From an uncultured Thermoplasmatales archaeon (lineage in GTDB: Archaea; Thermoplasmatota; E2; DHVEG-1): a DNA stretch of 64,000 bases. Positions within the stretch are counted from its first letter, which is position 1; every line of letters starts with the position of its first letter. Under the pieces are notes generated by a model, which saw nothing but the letters and a program-made list of their open reading frames with translations, did no database searches and was not told the origin of the DNA. The position numbers and the translations under genes were made by a program. The stretch is from assembly GCA_964517155.1 (NCBI GenBank), contig CAZFAZ010000049.1, positions 3,012-67,011 of the forward strand, in the 5' to 3' direction. Shown here one piece after another: positions 10,708 through 20,262 of this stretch.

Positions 10708-11094
10708 ATGAAAGGACGAACAATTTCACCTGGGAAAGTTCAAGGAACTGCTATTATTTCTCCTGATCCAATTGGTTTTTATGGGGGGATTGATGCTAAA
10801 ACTGGTATTGTAATTGAGAAAGGTCATCCTCTGGAGGGTAAAAAAATTACAGGTAAAATACTTGTTTTTCCTTGTGGTAAAGGTTCAACTGTGGGTTCTT
10901 ATGTTATTTATGGTCTTGCAAAAAATGGTGTGGCGCCTTTAGGAATTATTAATAAAGAAACTGAAACAATTGTTGCAACTGGTGTGATTCTTGCAGGTAT
11001 TCCTTGTGTTGATAAGATTGATATTTCAAAGATTAAAACAGGTGATACTCTAGTTCTTGATGCAACTAAGGGAATTGTTGATATTAAAAAATAG
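10708..11094 (+). CDS. AcnX-type (DUF126) small subunit, candidate phosphomevalonate dehydratase small subunit
   Basis: 128 aa; GGIDAKTG ... FPCGKGSTVGSYVIYGLAKNGVAPLGII motif typical of aconitase-X swivel subunit; start codon abuts stop of large subunit. Confidence 0.7.
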   Translation: MKGRTISPGKVQGTAIISPDPIGFYGGIDAKTGIVIEKGHPLEGKKITGKILVFPCGKGSTVGSYVIYGLAKNGVAPLGIINKETETIVATGVILAGIPCVDKIDISKIKTGDTLVLDATKGIVDIKK

Positions 11095-11101
11095 TTTTTT
11101 T

Positions 11102-12559
11102 TTAGTGTCTCATATTCCATATGGTTCCAATGCCGTTTATTGTTACTTTGTGATCTCCGTAGTCATCAGACCAGGTAATTGTGCCAGTTGCAGTATTTCT
11201 CCCTATTCTCATGCTAACTGGTGAGATTTTTTTCCAGGTGTTATCTAAAACGTTTTCTGCTTTGAGATTGAGGTCAAGTTTTATATTGTAGCTGTTTAGA
11301 AGTACTTGTGTTAAGCTAGTAGTTGCTTTAATTTCTGTTTCGATAGGCATTTTTAAAAGCAGTAATACATCATTTGATTGTAATATTTTAACATTTACAT
11401 CCTCTAAAATAGTTATTTTTCTGCCTTGGTCTGTTGTTATAATCAAATTTGTAAGGATGTTTGTATCTGATTCTTTAGTAGATCTTAGTTGAGATGATAA
11501 ATAATATTTGCTGTAGTATATATTCCAGCCATTATCTATTGTTATTTGGCACCAGTCCCATCCTCTGATTAGAACCTTTGATAGTATTGTACCTGATGAC
11601 CAGGTGTGTTCGTGATGTCCTGTTCCTTCTACATTATATGAGGTGTCATCTATTTTTACAGTTCCGCTGACTTCACATCCGAAAAATACATAGCTTGCTA
11701 TTTTTGCTTTTGAGTTATCTATAATGCGGTTGTTATGTGTCCAGTATCCCGAGGAAGGTGCAAAAAACTGTAAATCAACTAATAGTTTATGGTTGTTAGC
11801 ATCTATGTTGTCTCCTTCTATATGTAGATGCCAATTTGGAAATCTTCCTTGTACGTAGGAATCTTCAAATGAAACTCTGAATCCTGAATCTGAGCTGGTT
11901 GCTTGTAACACGGGATCTTTTAATATTGCATAGGGTCCAAGTATTGGTCTGTCTCTTTCAGAAACTCCTCCGTATCTTTCTCCCTGTGGGCTGGTTAAGA
12001 CAACAAATAAAATATCTGGTTTAGTCCAGCCTAAATCATTGCGTGCCATGTAGTTAAAGCTGACTGATAACGTCCAACCTGGTAGTTGTGAGTCACTTGA
12101 AAAAACAACTGAGTAGTACCACCATTCTCTATTTACTAGTAGGTCTTTGTAGTGTTCACCTTCATCTTTTGGATTAATAGTTCTACCTGATGGAAGTGTA
12201 ATGCTTGCAGGTAATGTTATGTTAGGTGTAAATGTCCAACTGCCAAGTGTTTCACCTGTTGGATTAAAAATAATTGTTATAGTTCCTTTGCATTCTTTTA
12301 TTTCATCACCGATAACAACTTTTGGCCCTAGTAGACTTCTGTCAGCATCTCCATCTATTATAATATCTCTCCAGAAAACTTCGGAATCAACATCATTGAC
12401 TTTTAAGATTTTTTGTGCGTCGTCTTGTATAAAGTCAATTTTTGGTGTTTTTGGTTCATATGGTGGTTTTACATATCCTACATTAAATAATACTATTCCT
12501 GCTATGATTATCAGGATTACGACGATTATTACATCAATTTTTTTAATTTTAGGATTCAT
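11102..12559 (-). CDS. Membrane-anchored (N-terminal TM) extracellular protein of unknown function
   Basis: Single N-terminal TM helix then 440 aa hydrophilic beta-rich domain; no recognisable catalytic motifs. Confidence 0.45.
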   Translation of the reverse strand: MNPKIKKIDVIIVVILIIIAGIVLFNVGYVKPPYEPKTPKIDFIQDDAQKILKVNDVDSEVFWRDIIIDGDADRSLLGPKVVIGDEIKECKGTITIIFNPTGETLGSWTFTPNITLPASITLPSGRTINPKDEGEHYKDLLVNREWWYYSVVFSSDSQLPGWTLSVSFNYMARNDLGWTKPDILFVVLTSPQGERYGGVSERDRPILGPYAILKDPVLQATSSDSGFRVSFEDSYVQGRFPNWHLHIEGDNIDANNHKLLVDLQFFAPSSGYWTHNNRIIDNSKAKIASYVFFGCEVSGTVKIDDTSYNVEGTGHHEHTWSSGTILSKVLIRGWDWCQITIDNGWNIYYSKYYLSSQLRSTKESDTNILTNLIITTDQGRKITILEDVNVKILQSNDVLLLLKMPIETEIKATTSLTQVLLNSYNIKLDLNLKAENVLDNTWKKISPVSMRIGRNTATGTITWSDDYGDHKVTINGIGTIWNMRH

Positions 12560-13066
12560 TACTCACCAGCATATTTTTATTCTTATTTAAATATTTATAA
12601 GTTTTTATTATTAAATGTTTCTTTACAAATGTTATCAAAAACTCAGTTTTGGTGTTTTTTCGCATATGTATACATTTTTTTTAAGATTGTTAAATATCGT
12701 TTTTTTTGAATTAAAAGTTGTTATTGCTGTAAATGTTTTATCAGTATTTTTTTTATTTGAATTGTGTTTCTTTAATGTATCTGGTGTACGATCTGCACAA
12801 ACATTTACATATTCATCTGCGAAAAATGCACTTAAAGCCCAAATTGATTATATCGTTTTAAAGAAGGAAATGGGAAGGGATGAAGTCCGATATTTTCGTT
12901 TTTTAATGAAAATACCCATCCAATTACCCCCTCTAAATCACCTCTTCTCCCTTTCCTATCTTATTTTTCTCTTTTAAAAAATATTTTCATTATGTAATAA
13001 TTTCACCAAATATTTAAATAGTATGAAATACAGAGTATAACATAGGAAAAGGTGGTGAATAAAAAA

Positions 13067-13177
13067 ATGAAAATCGTCAGTGAAGTAAGAACCCAACAAG
13101 AATTTGACGAAATGAAAGCTATAATGGAAGTTTTCGTTGTAAACAACAGGGTTCGTCAGCTTGCTGGTATGGCATAA
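13067..13177 (+). CDS. Possible small protein (36 aa) MKIVSEVRTQQEFDEMKAIMEVFVVNNRVRQLAGMA
   Basis: Below ORF-track cutoff; strong SD-like AGGTGGTGA 8 nt upstream of ATG; locally less AT-rich than surrounding 770-bp noncoding region. Confidence 0.25.
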   Translation: MKIVSEVRTQQEFDEMKAIMEVFVVNNRVRQLAGMA

Positions 13178-13335
13178 ACACAAAGATTTTACCTTTTTGT
13201 AAAAACTTTTATTATTTTGATAAATATTTTAATTTTATTAAGCGATAAAGCGATATTCTAAAATCAATTACATTATAATGGCAATCTTAATAATAGTCTT
13301 TTAGATTACAATCAACCATTTGGGGGGTTACTTAA

Positions 13336-13860
13336 ATGGTTGAAAAAAAAGATATCATAAACATTTTTTCAGAAGAACTAAGTTGGATAGATGACAAAAA
13401 ACTAAAAGAACAAGTAATAAATGTCTGGAAAACTGCATCAGATAAAGGCGGTTGGAAAACACTAGATAAAGTACCATTTACTCTTCTTTTTGGAAACTCA
13501 GGTAAACTTACCGATCATACAAAGCGTGTCACTAATCTTGCAAAAGCAGTGTTTGACAAACGTGAAGAAAAACTAAATAAAGATTTTCTTATAGCCGGTG
13601 CTCTTCTTCATGATGTAGGAAAACTACTTGAATACAAAGTAAAAGATAAAAAAGTAGTTGTTGGATCTTATGGTAAAAAGTTTCGCCATCCTGTATCAGG
13701 CGCACTTCTCGCACAACAACTAGGTCTTCCCGATGAAGTAGTCTTAATTATTTATGCTCACAGTCATGAAGGTGATAAATGTGAGCGTACTGCTGAAAGT
13801 TTTATTGTTCATCATTGTGATTTTATAGATTTTCATATCAAAAAAAGTATGGTGAAATAA
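13336..13860 (+). CDS. HD-domain phosphohydrolase
   Basis: H...HD motif (LLHDVGK) and downstream His/Asp residues; first gene of a 4-gene plus-strand operon. Confidence 0.6.
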   Translation: MVEKKDIINIFSEELSWIDDKKLKEQVINVWKTASDKGGWKTLDKVPFTLLFGNSGKLTDHTKRVTNLAKAVFDKREEKLNKDFLIAGALLHDVGKLLEYKVKDKKVVVGSYGKKFRHPVSGALLAQQLGLPDEVVLIIYAHSHEGDKCERTAESFIVHHCDFIDFHIKKSMVK

Positions 13861-13864
13861 GAAT

Positions 13865-15355
13865 ATGAAGAAAAAAAATGCTGCTAATCGATTTATAGAG
13901 ACAGAAATTTCAGGTAGAAAATTCAAGCCTTTTGCAGGTGGTAAAAAATACAATCGCAATTCAAAGGTTATTAAAAATTTATCAGAGGCGCTCAAAAAAT
14001 CTGGTCTTAAAAACGGTATGACTGTTTCTTTTCATCATCAACTTCGTAATGGTGATTTTGTAATTAATCAGGCTCTGGAATCAATAAAAGATTTAGGTGT
14101 CAAAGATATATGTATGGCACAAACTGCTTTGTTTGATGTTCACAAACCACTAATTGATTATATAAAAGACGGAACAGTAACTCGCATTGAAGGAAGTGTC
14201 AACGGGTCTGTTGGGGATTTTATATCAAAAAATAATCCTTTGAAAGCACCAGTGATACTTCGTTCGCATGGTGGCCGTTGGTCTGCTGTCAAAAAAGGAG
14301 AACTTCATCCTGATATAGCAGTAATTGCTGCATCATCAGCAGATATTCGTGGTAATTCTACAGGAATGCTTGGAAAAAGCTCTTTTGGAAATATTGCTTA
14401 TTCACAGGTTGATGCATGGCATGCAGATAAAGTAATAATTGTAACAGATAACCTTGTTACATACCCTTGCCCCTTCAGAGAAATCTATGAAGGTTTTGTA
14501 GACTATGTTGTAGAGGTAGACAGAATTGGTGATCCCGAAAAAATAGTAAGCGGCTCATTAAAAATTACTGATGACCCTGAGAAACTAGGAATTGGAAAAC
14601 GCTGTGTCGATTTAATGGATGCCGTGGGAATCATAAAAAACGATATGGTTTTTCAGGCAGGTGCTGGTGGTATTTCTCTGGCGGCATTAAAGTATCTGGG
14701 TGAAAGATTAAAAGAAAAAAACATAGTTGCAGGATGCTCCACAGGAGGCTTGACAGAATTTATTGTTGATATGTACAATAAAGGCATACTAAAACAGGTA
14801 AATACCTGCCAGTGTTTTGATACCGTTGCTGTGGATTTTGTAAAAAATCATCTGGAGACAACATCAACAATTGGAGAGTATTCTGATCCCACTATGAAAG
14901 GACGAAATACTGATCTTTTAGATACAGTAATACTTGGTGGTACAGAAGTAGATACAAGTTTTAATGTAAATGTAAATACACATAGTGATGGTCGTATGCT
15001 TCATGGTATCGGTGGTCATCAAGATGTATCTGCAGCTGCAAATCTTACAATTATTACAGTGCCGGTTTACAGGAAGACAAATCCTATTGTCCTTGAAAAA
15101 GTCACAACTGTTTCAACACCAGGAGATGTAATTGATGCGATTGTTACAGACAAAGGCATTGCAATTAATCCAAAAAGAAAAGATTTGCTAAAACTTGTTA
15201 AAGGAAAAATTGATATCGTAGATATATCTGATTTAAAGAAAATAGCATATGATGCAACAGGCGGTCCTCAGGAGCCTAATTTAGGAAAAGATATAATTGG
15301 TATGACTAAATATTTTGATGGAACAGTTCTTGATAATATTTATCAAGTTTTATAA
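13865..15355 (+). CDS. Citrate lyase alpha-subunit-like (CitF family) CoA-transferase
   Basis: Close match to CitF hallmarks: GMTVSFHHQLRNGDFV, HKPLIDYIKDGTVTRI, SHGGR, TGGLTEF; about 496 aa. Confidence 0.75.
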   Translation: MKKKNAANRFIETEISGRKFKPFAGGKKYNRNSKVIKNLSEALKKSGLKNGMTVSFHHQLRNGDFVINQALESIKDLGVKDICMAQTALFDVHKPLIDYIKDGTVTRIEGSVNGSVGDFISKNNPLKAPVILRSHGGRWSAVKKGELHPDIAVIAASSADIRGNSTGMLGKSSFGNIAYSQVDAWHADKVIIVTDNLVTYPCPFREIYEGFVDYVVEVDRIGDPEKIVSGSLKITDDPEKLGIGKRCVDLMDAVGIIKNDMVFQAGAGGISLAALKYLGERLKEKNIVAGCSTGGLTEFIVDMYNKGILKQVNTCQCFDTVAVDFVKNHLETTSTIGEYSDPTMKGRNTDLLDTVILGGTEVDTSFNVNVNTHSDGRMLHGIGGHQDVSAAANLTIITVPVYRKTNPIVLEKVTTVSTPGDVIDAIVTDKGIAINPKRKDLLKLVKGKIDIVDISDLKKIAYDATGGPQEPNLGKDIIGMTKYFDGTVLDNIYQVL

Positions 15356-16141
15356 GTGAGGTTTGAAAAAATGCAATGGAAAACAAAAATAACAAAAGTA
15401 GAACCAAATCATCTGGTAACAAAAGGTTATCGTCAGGAGGATTTGATTGGAAATATACCTTTTTCACATGTTGTATATTTACTTCTGAGAGATGAGATTC
15501 CGACAAAAGAGCATGGTAAGATGATGGATGCAATACTTACTGCTTGTGTCGATCACGGAGTAACACCACCCACTGCAATGGCATCCCGTATCGTTGCCTC
15601 AGGAGGAGTACCGCTTCCAACGGCGGTTGCAGCAGGAATACTTAGTATAGGTGATGCACATGGTGGAGCGATTGAAAAAGGTGCAAAGTTTTTACAAGAT
15701 GGAATTGCAAGAATGAAAAAAGAAGAAAAAACAATGCAGGAAATTACAATAACTTTGGTTAAAGAATCAATTGAGCAGAAAAAACGCATACTTGGTTTTG
15801 GTCACAGAGTTCATACTTCTGATCCACGTACAAAAAAACTATTTTCTCTTGCAGATGAATTAAAAATCTCTAAAGAACATATTATGCTTTCAAAAGCAAT
15901 TGAAAAGGAACTTGAAAAACAAACTGGTAAGAAACTGCCAATAAATGTAGATGGTGCAATTGCCGCAATCAGCTCAGATATGGGTTTTGACTGGCGGCTT
16001 GGTAAAGCATTTTTCTTAATCGGTCGTGTCGCAGGGCTTACTGCTCATGTTTATGAAGAGCAAACAGAGTTTAAACCTATGCGCAAAATGTTTATAGCAG
16101 ATGTAGAATATAATGGGCCTTCTGAGAAGGATTTATTTTAG
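15356..16141 (+). CDS. Short citrate-synthase-family protein (citryl-CoA lyase-like)
   Basis: 261 aa, truncated relative to citrate synthase, contains GFGHRVHTSDPR (citrate synthase catalytic His motif) and VAAGILSIGDAHGGA. Confidence 0.65.
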   Translation: MRFEKMQWKTKITKVEPNHLVTKGYRQEDLIGNIPFSHVVYLLLRDEIPTKEHGKMMDAILTACVDHGVTPPTAMASRIVASGGVPLPTAVAAGILSIGDAHGGAIEKGAKFLQDGIARMKKEEKTMQEITITLVKESIEQKKRILGFGHRVHTSDPRTKKLFSLADELKISKEHIMLSKAIEKELEKQTGKKLPINVDGAIAAISSDMGFDWRLGKAFFLIGRVAGLTAHVYEEQTEFKPMRKMFIADVEYNGPSEKDLF

Positions 16142-16154
16142 GTGATAACTTATT

Positions 16155-17912
16155 ATGGGAAAAACAATTATTCAGAAAATTTTTGAGAATCATTCAAATC
16201 AGGAAGCAAAAGTAGGCGAAATAATTGATATAGATATCGATGTTCGTATCGCTCGTGATTTTGGCGGTGCAAACGTTGTAAAAAATCTAGAAGAAAATAA
16301 TTTATCTGTTGATAACTCTGAGAAAACTTTTTTCACTTTTGATTGTAACCCTGGCGGTTGTGATCAAAAATATGCTGCGAATCAGCATATCTGCCGTCAG
16401 TTTGCTCGTCGTAACAAAATAAAAGTTTTTGATATAAACGTTGGAATTGGTACTCATCTGGTAATTGATGAAAGTATTGCAAAACCCGGCAGCACTATTG
16501 TTTCAACTGATTCTCATGCAAATATTTTGGGTGCAATTGGTGCCTTTGGTCAGGGTATGGGTGATAATGATATTGCTCATGCTTGGGCTTATGGTAAAGT
16601 CTGGTTTAAGGTGCCTGCATCATTAAAGATTATTCTTAAAGGAAAACCTTCAAAAGATGCAACGCCCAAGGATGTAGTTTTAAAGCTTCTTCAGGATTTT
16701 GGAGCAAATGGTCTTCTTGGTTATTCTGCAGAGATATATGGAGAATATGCAGAAGATCTTTCAGTTGATGGAAAGATTACTATTGCTTCTATGGCAACTG
16801 AAATGGGTGCAATAATCATTTTATTCCCGACAAAAGACTTTACTGCAGATCCTGATGCAGACTATGAAAAAACTGTTCAAGTCGATATCAAAGGTCTTAA
16901 ACCAATGATTTCAAGACCTGGTCATCCTGAGGATGTAGTAAGAGTTGATGATGTAAAGCAGACAAAAGTTGATTCTGGTTTTATTGGGAGTTGTACGAAT
17001 GGTCGTATGGATGACATGCGCGCTGTTGCAAATATTTTAAAAGGTAAAAAAGTCGCCCCTGATCGTGTTTTAAAAATAGTTCCTGCTACTGATAAAATTT
17101 GGAAAAATTGTCTGGATGAAGGTATTATTAAGATTTTCAAAGATGCCGGAGCACTAGTTGGTTCTGCGGGTTGTGCTGGTTGTGCGGCAGGGCAAATCGG
17201 ACAGACTGGCTCTGGAGAAATAGCAGTATCTTCTGGTAATCGTAATTTTGTTGGTAAACAAGGTAAAGGACAAATTTATCTGGCTAGTCCTGAAACTGTT
17301 GTAGCATCTCTTGTTGCAGGTTATATTACAACTGTGGACTTTATTCCTGATAAACCTGAAAAAGTGTTTGTTTTAAAGAGTAAATTATTTAAATCAAAAG
17401 ATGTTGGTAAAAATCCTAATGCTCCTTTGAAAGTTACAGGTCGTGCATGGGTCATTAAAAAAGATAACATCGACACAGATATGATTTTTCATAATAGGTA
17501 TCTTGCTATTACGGATATCTCTGAGATGGGTCAGTATACTTTTGATAATCTTGAGGGTTACAAAGATTTTGCAAAAAAGGCAAAACCTGACGATATAGTA
17601 GTTGTGGGTAAGAATTTTGGTGCTGGTAGTTCTCGTCAGCAAGCAGTTGATTGTTTTAAAGCACTTGGTATAAGTGTTATTATTGCTGAGAGTTTTGGCG
17701 CAATTTATGAGCGCAATGCAATAAATAATGCGATGCCCATTATGATTGCAGAAGGAATTGTTGATAAAATAAAAGATAAAGATGAGATTGCCGTTAATTT
17801 TGAAACCGGAGAAATATTTGATAAAACTCAGAATAAAAAAATAAAAGCTAAGCCTTTTTCAAAATCTCAGATGGATATATACAAAAGAGGTGGGTTGTTA
17901 AACAACCCATAA
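16155..17912 (+). CDS. Aconitase-family dehydratase, fused large (LeuC-like) and small (LeuD-like) subunits
   Basis: N-terminus MGKTIIQKIF like LeuC/HACN; Fe-S Cys ligands (GSCTNGRMDD, GCAGCAAGQ); C-terminal LeuD-like GKNFGAGSSRQQAVDCFKALGISVIIAESFGAIYERNAINNAMP. Confidence 0.75.
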   Translation: MGKTIIQKIFENHSNQEAKVGEIIDIDIDVRIARDFGGANVVKNLEENNLSVDNSEKTFFTFDCNPGGCDQKYAANQHICRQFARRNKIKVFDINVGIGTHLVIDESIAKPGSTIVSTDSHANILGAIGAFGQGMGDNDIAHAWAYGKVWFKVPASLKIILKGKPSKDATPKDVVLKLLQDFGANGLLGYSAEIYGEYAEDLSVDGKITIASMATEMGAIIILFPTKDFTADPDADYEKTVQVDIKGLKPMISRPGHPEDVVRVDDVKQTKVDSGFIGSCTNGRMDDMRAVANILKGKKVAPDRVLKIVPATDKIWKNCLDEGIIKIFKDAGALVGSAGCAGCAAGQIGQTGSGEIAVSSGNRNFVGKQGKGQIYLASPETVVASLVAGYITTVDFIPDKPEKVFVLKSKLFKSKDVGKNPNAPLKVTGRAWVIKKDNIDTDMIFHNRYLAITDISEMGQYTFDNLEGYKDFAKKAKPDDIVVVGKNFGAGSSRQQAVDCFKALGISVIIAESFGAIYERNAINNAMPIMIAEGIVDKIKDKDEIAVNFETGEIFDKTQNKKIKAKPFSKSQMDIYKRGGLLNNP

Positions 17913-19190
17913 TTATTTTTTGAACCTTTTCATCCATTTAAAACTTGTAGCACCTGTTATGATTTTATCTGTTTTAAACACCCATACTACTATTGCAATC
18001 ATGACAAGTGCAAAGATGCTTACATATATTATCCCAGCAAAAACCATTAGATAATCGCCAAAGAGTAAAGCTCTTGGTGCCATCATAGGATGACTAAAAG
18101 GTATTCCAAATAGTATTGCTCTAAGCGCAAGAGGTAGTGTATCAAAATCTTTAAACATGGTCATAAACATTGGAACAAGTACTAGTACTGCTACAGGAAA
18201 AGTAAGTGTCTGTGCACTTTTAAAATTCTTTGCCATTGTCCCAAGGAGCATGCATAGAGCAAGTGCTGCAACAAGGCTTACAAAAACAACAACTCCTATA
18301 AGTATCATATCTAGTCCACTAAGGCTTAAATCAAAAGATGCAGCACCACTTGTTGCACCTTGAAATTGAAAACTTGCAAGATAACTACCCATGCCAAGCA
18401 TATATATTACTGCAAGAATAAGTCCTACAATTGCTGCGGCAATGATTTTTCCTGCAACAATACTTGAGCGTTTTACAGGCAGCGTCAAAAGCGTCTCAAG
18501 TGTTTTATTTTCTTTTTCAAGAGCCATGGAAGATATTACGATTTGTCCTGCCATCATTATTATCATCATCATAATTATCGGGATAAATGTTGACTGCTGA
18601 GATAAAACACTTGCAATCTGACTTGGAGAAATCCCATTTAATTCTTTTTCTTTAAAGTATGTAGTCTCATTTCTTTTAGTTGGATTTAGTGCCAACGTAG
18701 AGTTAATCGAGCCGTTGCTTTGGCTGATAAGCTCTTTGGTAATATCTGTATTAACTATGCTTATAATTCTTTCAACCACTGAAGAAGAAATTGAATCAAG
18801 TATTCCTGCACCTTTCATAACCCAATAAATTTCAAATGTTGCTGTTTTACCATTTTCTATGTCTGAAGAAAAATTTTTATTTATAACTAAAAGTGCAGTG
18901 CCTTCTTTTTCTTTTAAAGTATTTACTGCATCTTCTTTATCGTTTAAATTTTGAGAGTAAAAAGTTACGCTTGCTGTCTGATTAAAAACATTTGTAGCGA
19001 TTTCTGAAAATCTGCCGCTATCTAAATCTATAACTGCTATTTCAGGGGGTTCCTGAAGCTCATCTTCTATTTCACCAATAGTTCCGCCCATTGAACCAAA
19101 AATTATTGCCATGATAATAATTGGTAAAAACGTTGCAGGTGTCATTAGTTCTTTTAATTCTTTTGTGATAATGTTTCCTAGTGCACTCAA
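17913..19190 (-). CDS. ABC-2 type transporter permease
   Basis: N-terminal TM, large extracytoplasmic loop, then 5-6 C-terminal TM helices; translationally coupled to upstream ABC ATPase. Confidence 0.65.
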   Translation of the reverse strand: MSALGNIITKELKELMTPATFLPIIIMAIIFGSMGGTIGEIEDELQEPPEIAVIDLDSGRFSEIATNVFNQTASVTFYSQNLNDKEDAVNTLKEKEGTALLVINKNFSSDIENGKTATFEIYWVMKGAGILDSISSSVVERIISIVNTDITKELISQSNGSINSTLALNPTKRNETTYFKEKELNGISPSQIASVLSQQSTFIPIIMMMIIMMAGQIVISSMALEKENKTLETLLTLPVKRSSIVAGKIIAAAIVGLILAVIYMLGMGSYLASFQFQGATSGAASFDLSLSGLDMILIGVVVFVSLVAALALCMLLGTMAKNFKSAQTLTFPVAVLVLVPMFMTMFKDFDTLPLALRAILFGIPFSHPMMAPRALLFGDYLMVFAGIIYVSIFALVMIAIVVWVFKTDKIITGATSFKWMKRFKK

Positions 19191-19903
19191 TTTTTCACCA
19201 CCTTTATGAATACCTCTTCAATGTTTTTTGCGTTATATTTTTTCATAAGTTCTTGTGGTTTTCCTTCTTCTACTATAATGCCATTGTCAATAAGTGCGAT
19301 TCTATCACATAAATATTCTACTTCCAGCATATTATGCGAACTTAGTAAAACAGTTGTACCATTTTTTGCGGTATTTTTAATGATATTTCTTATCTCTTGG
19401 GCATTATTTACATCAAGACCACTAGTTGGTTCATCAAGTATTGCAAATTTAGGCTCCGTCATAAGAGCTCTACCTACTAAAAGTCTTCTTTTCATACCTT
19501 TGCTGTAGGTATCTACTTTATCGTTTATGCGTTCCTTTAAATCTGATATCTCTATGCCTTTTTCTGCAATTTTTTTTGCTTTTTCAGATTCATAAAAATT
19601 AGCAATAAATTCAAGATATGCTTTGCCTGTTAGATTCTTATATGCCCCTGCATCTTCAGGCAGATAACTTATCATTTTTCTAATAATCTCAGGTTTTTCT
19701 TCTAGATTAATTCCCATGATCATTATTTTTCCAGATGTTATAGTAATCAAAGTTGAAATAATGCGCAAAGTTGTAGTTTTTCCTGCGCCATTAGGTCCTA
19801 TAAGTCCAAATATTTCTCCTTGATTTATATTAAAATTAATCCCTTTTACGGCTTTTAATTCTCCATAGTTTTTAACTAGATTTTTTACTTCAACTGCGGC
19901 CAT
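19187..19903 (-). CDS. ABC transporter ATP-binding protein
   Basis: Walker A GPNGAGKTT, ABC signature YSKGMKRRL, Walker B ILDEPTSGLD, H-loop. Confidence 0.85.
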   Translation of the reverse strand: MAAVEVKNLVKNYGELKAVKGINFNINQGEIFGLIGPNGAGKTTTLRIISTLITITSGKIMIMGINLEEKPEIIRKMISYLPEDAGAYKNLTGKAYLEFIANFYESEKAKKIAEKGIEISDLKERINDKVDTYSKGMKRRLLVGRALMTEPKFAILDEPTSGLDVNNAQEIRNIIKNTAKNGTTVLLSSHNMLEVEYLCDRIALIDNGIIVEEGKPQELMKKYNAKNIEEVFIKVVKN

Positions 19904-19925
19904 ATATCTCTCCTCATAAATATTT

Positions 19926-20240
19926 TTAATATGTTTTTACAGCGGTTCCAAAAGCAATTAGTTCTGCTGCTCCTTGCATTGTTTGTGCTGTTGCATAACG
20001 CATGCCAATTATTGCATCAGCACCTATTTTTTCTGCATCGGCAATCATTCGTTGCATTGCAGTTCTGCGTGATTCTTCCATAAGTTCTGTATATGATTTT
20101 GATTCCCCGCCGATAAGGTTTCTTCCAGCGGCTCTTAAATCTTTACCTATATGTTTCATTTGTACACAGCAGCCAAATACGACACCAAGGACTTCTTTTA
20201 CCTCACGACCAGGTATATTTTCTGTTGTTATAACCATCAT
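19926..20240 (-). CDS. YbjQ/DUF74 family protein (UPF0145)
   Basis: 104 aa; pattern ITTENIPGREVKEVLGVV ... IGADAIIGMRY ... AFGTAV typical of YbjQ family. Confidence 0.7.
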   Translation of the reverse strand: MMVITTENIPGREVKEVLGVVFGCCVQMKHIGKDLRAAGRNLIGGESKSYTELMEESRRTAMQRMIADAEKIGADAIIGMRYATAQTMQGAAELIAFGTAVKTY

Positions 20241-20262
20241 ATATTTATCCCTTCAACGTTTT

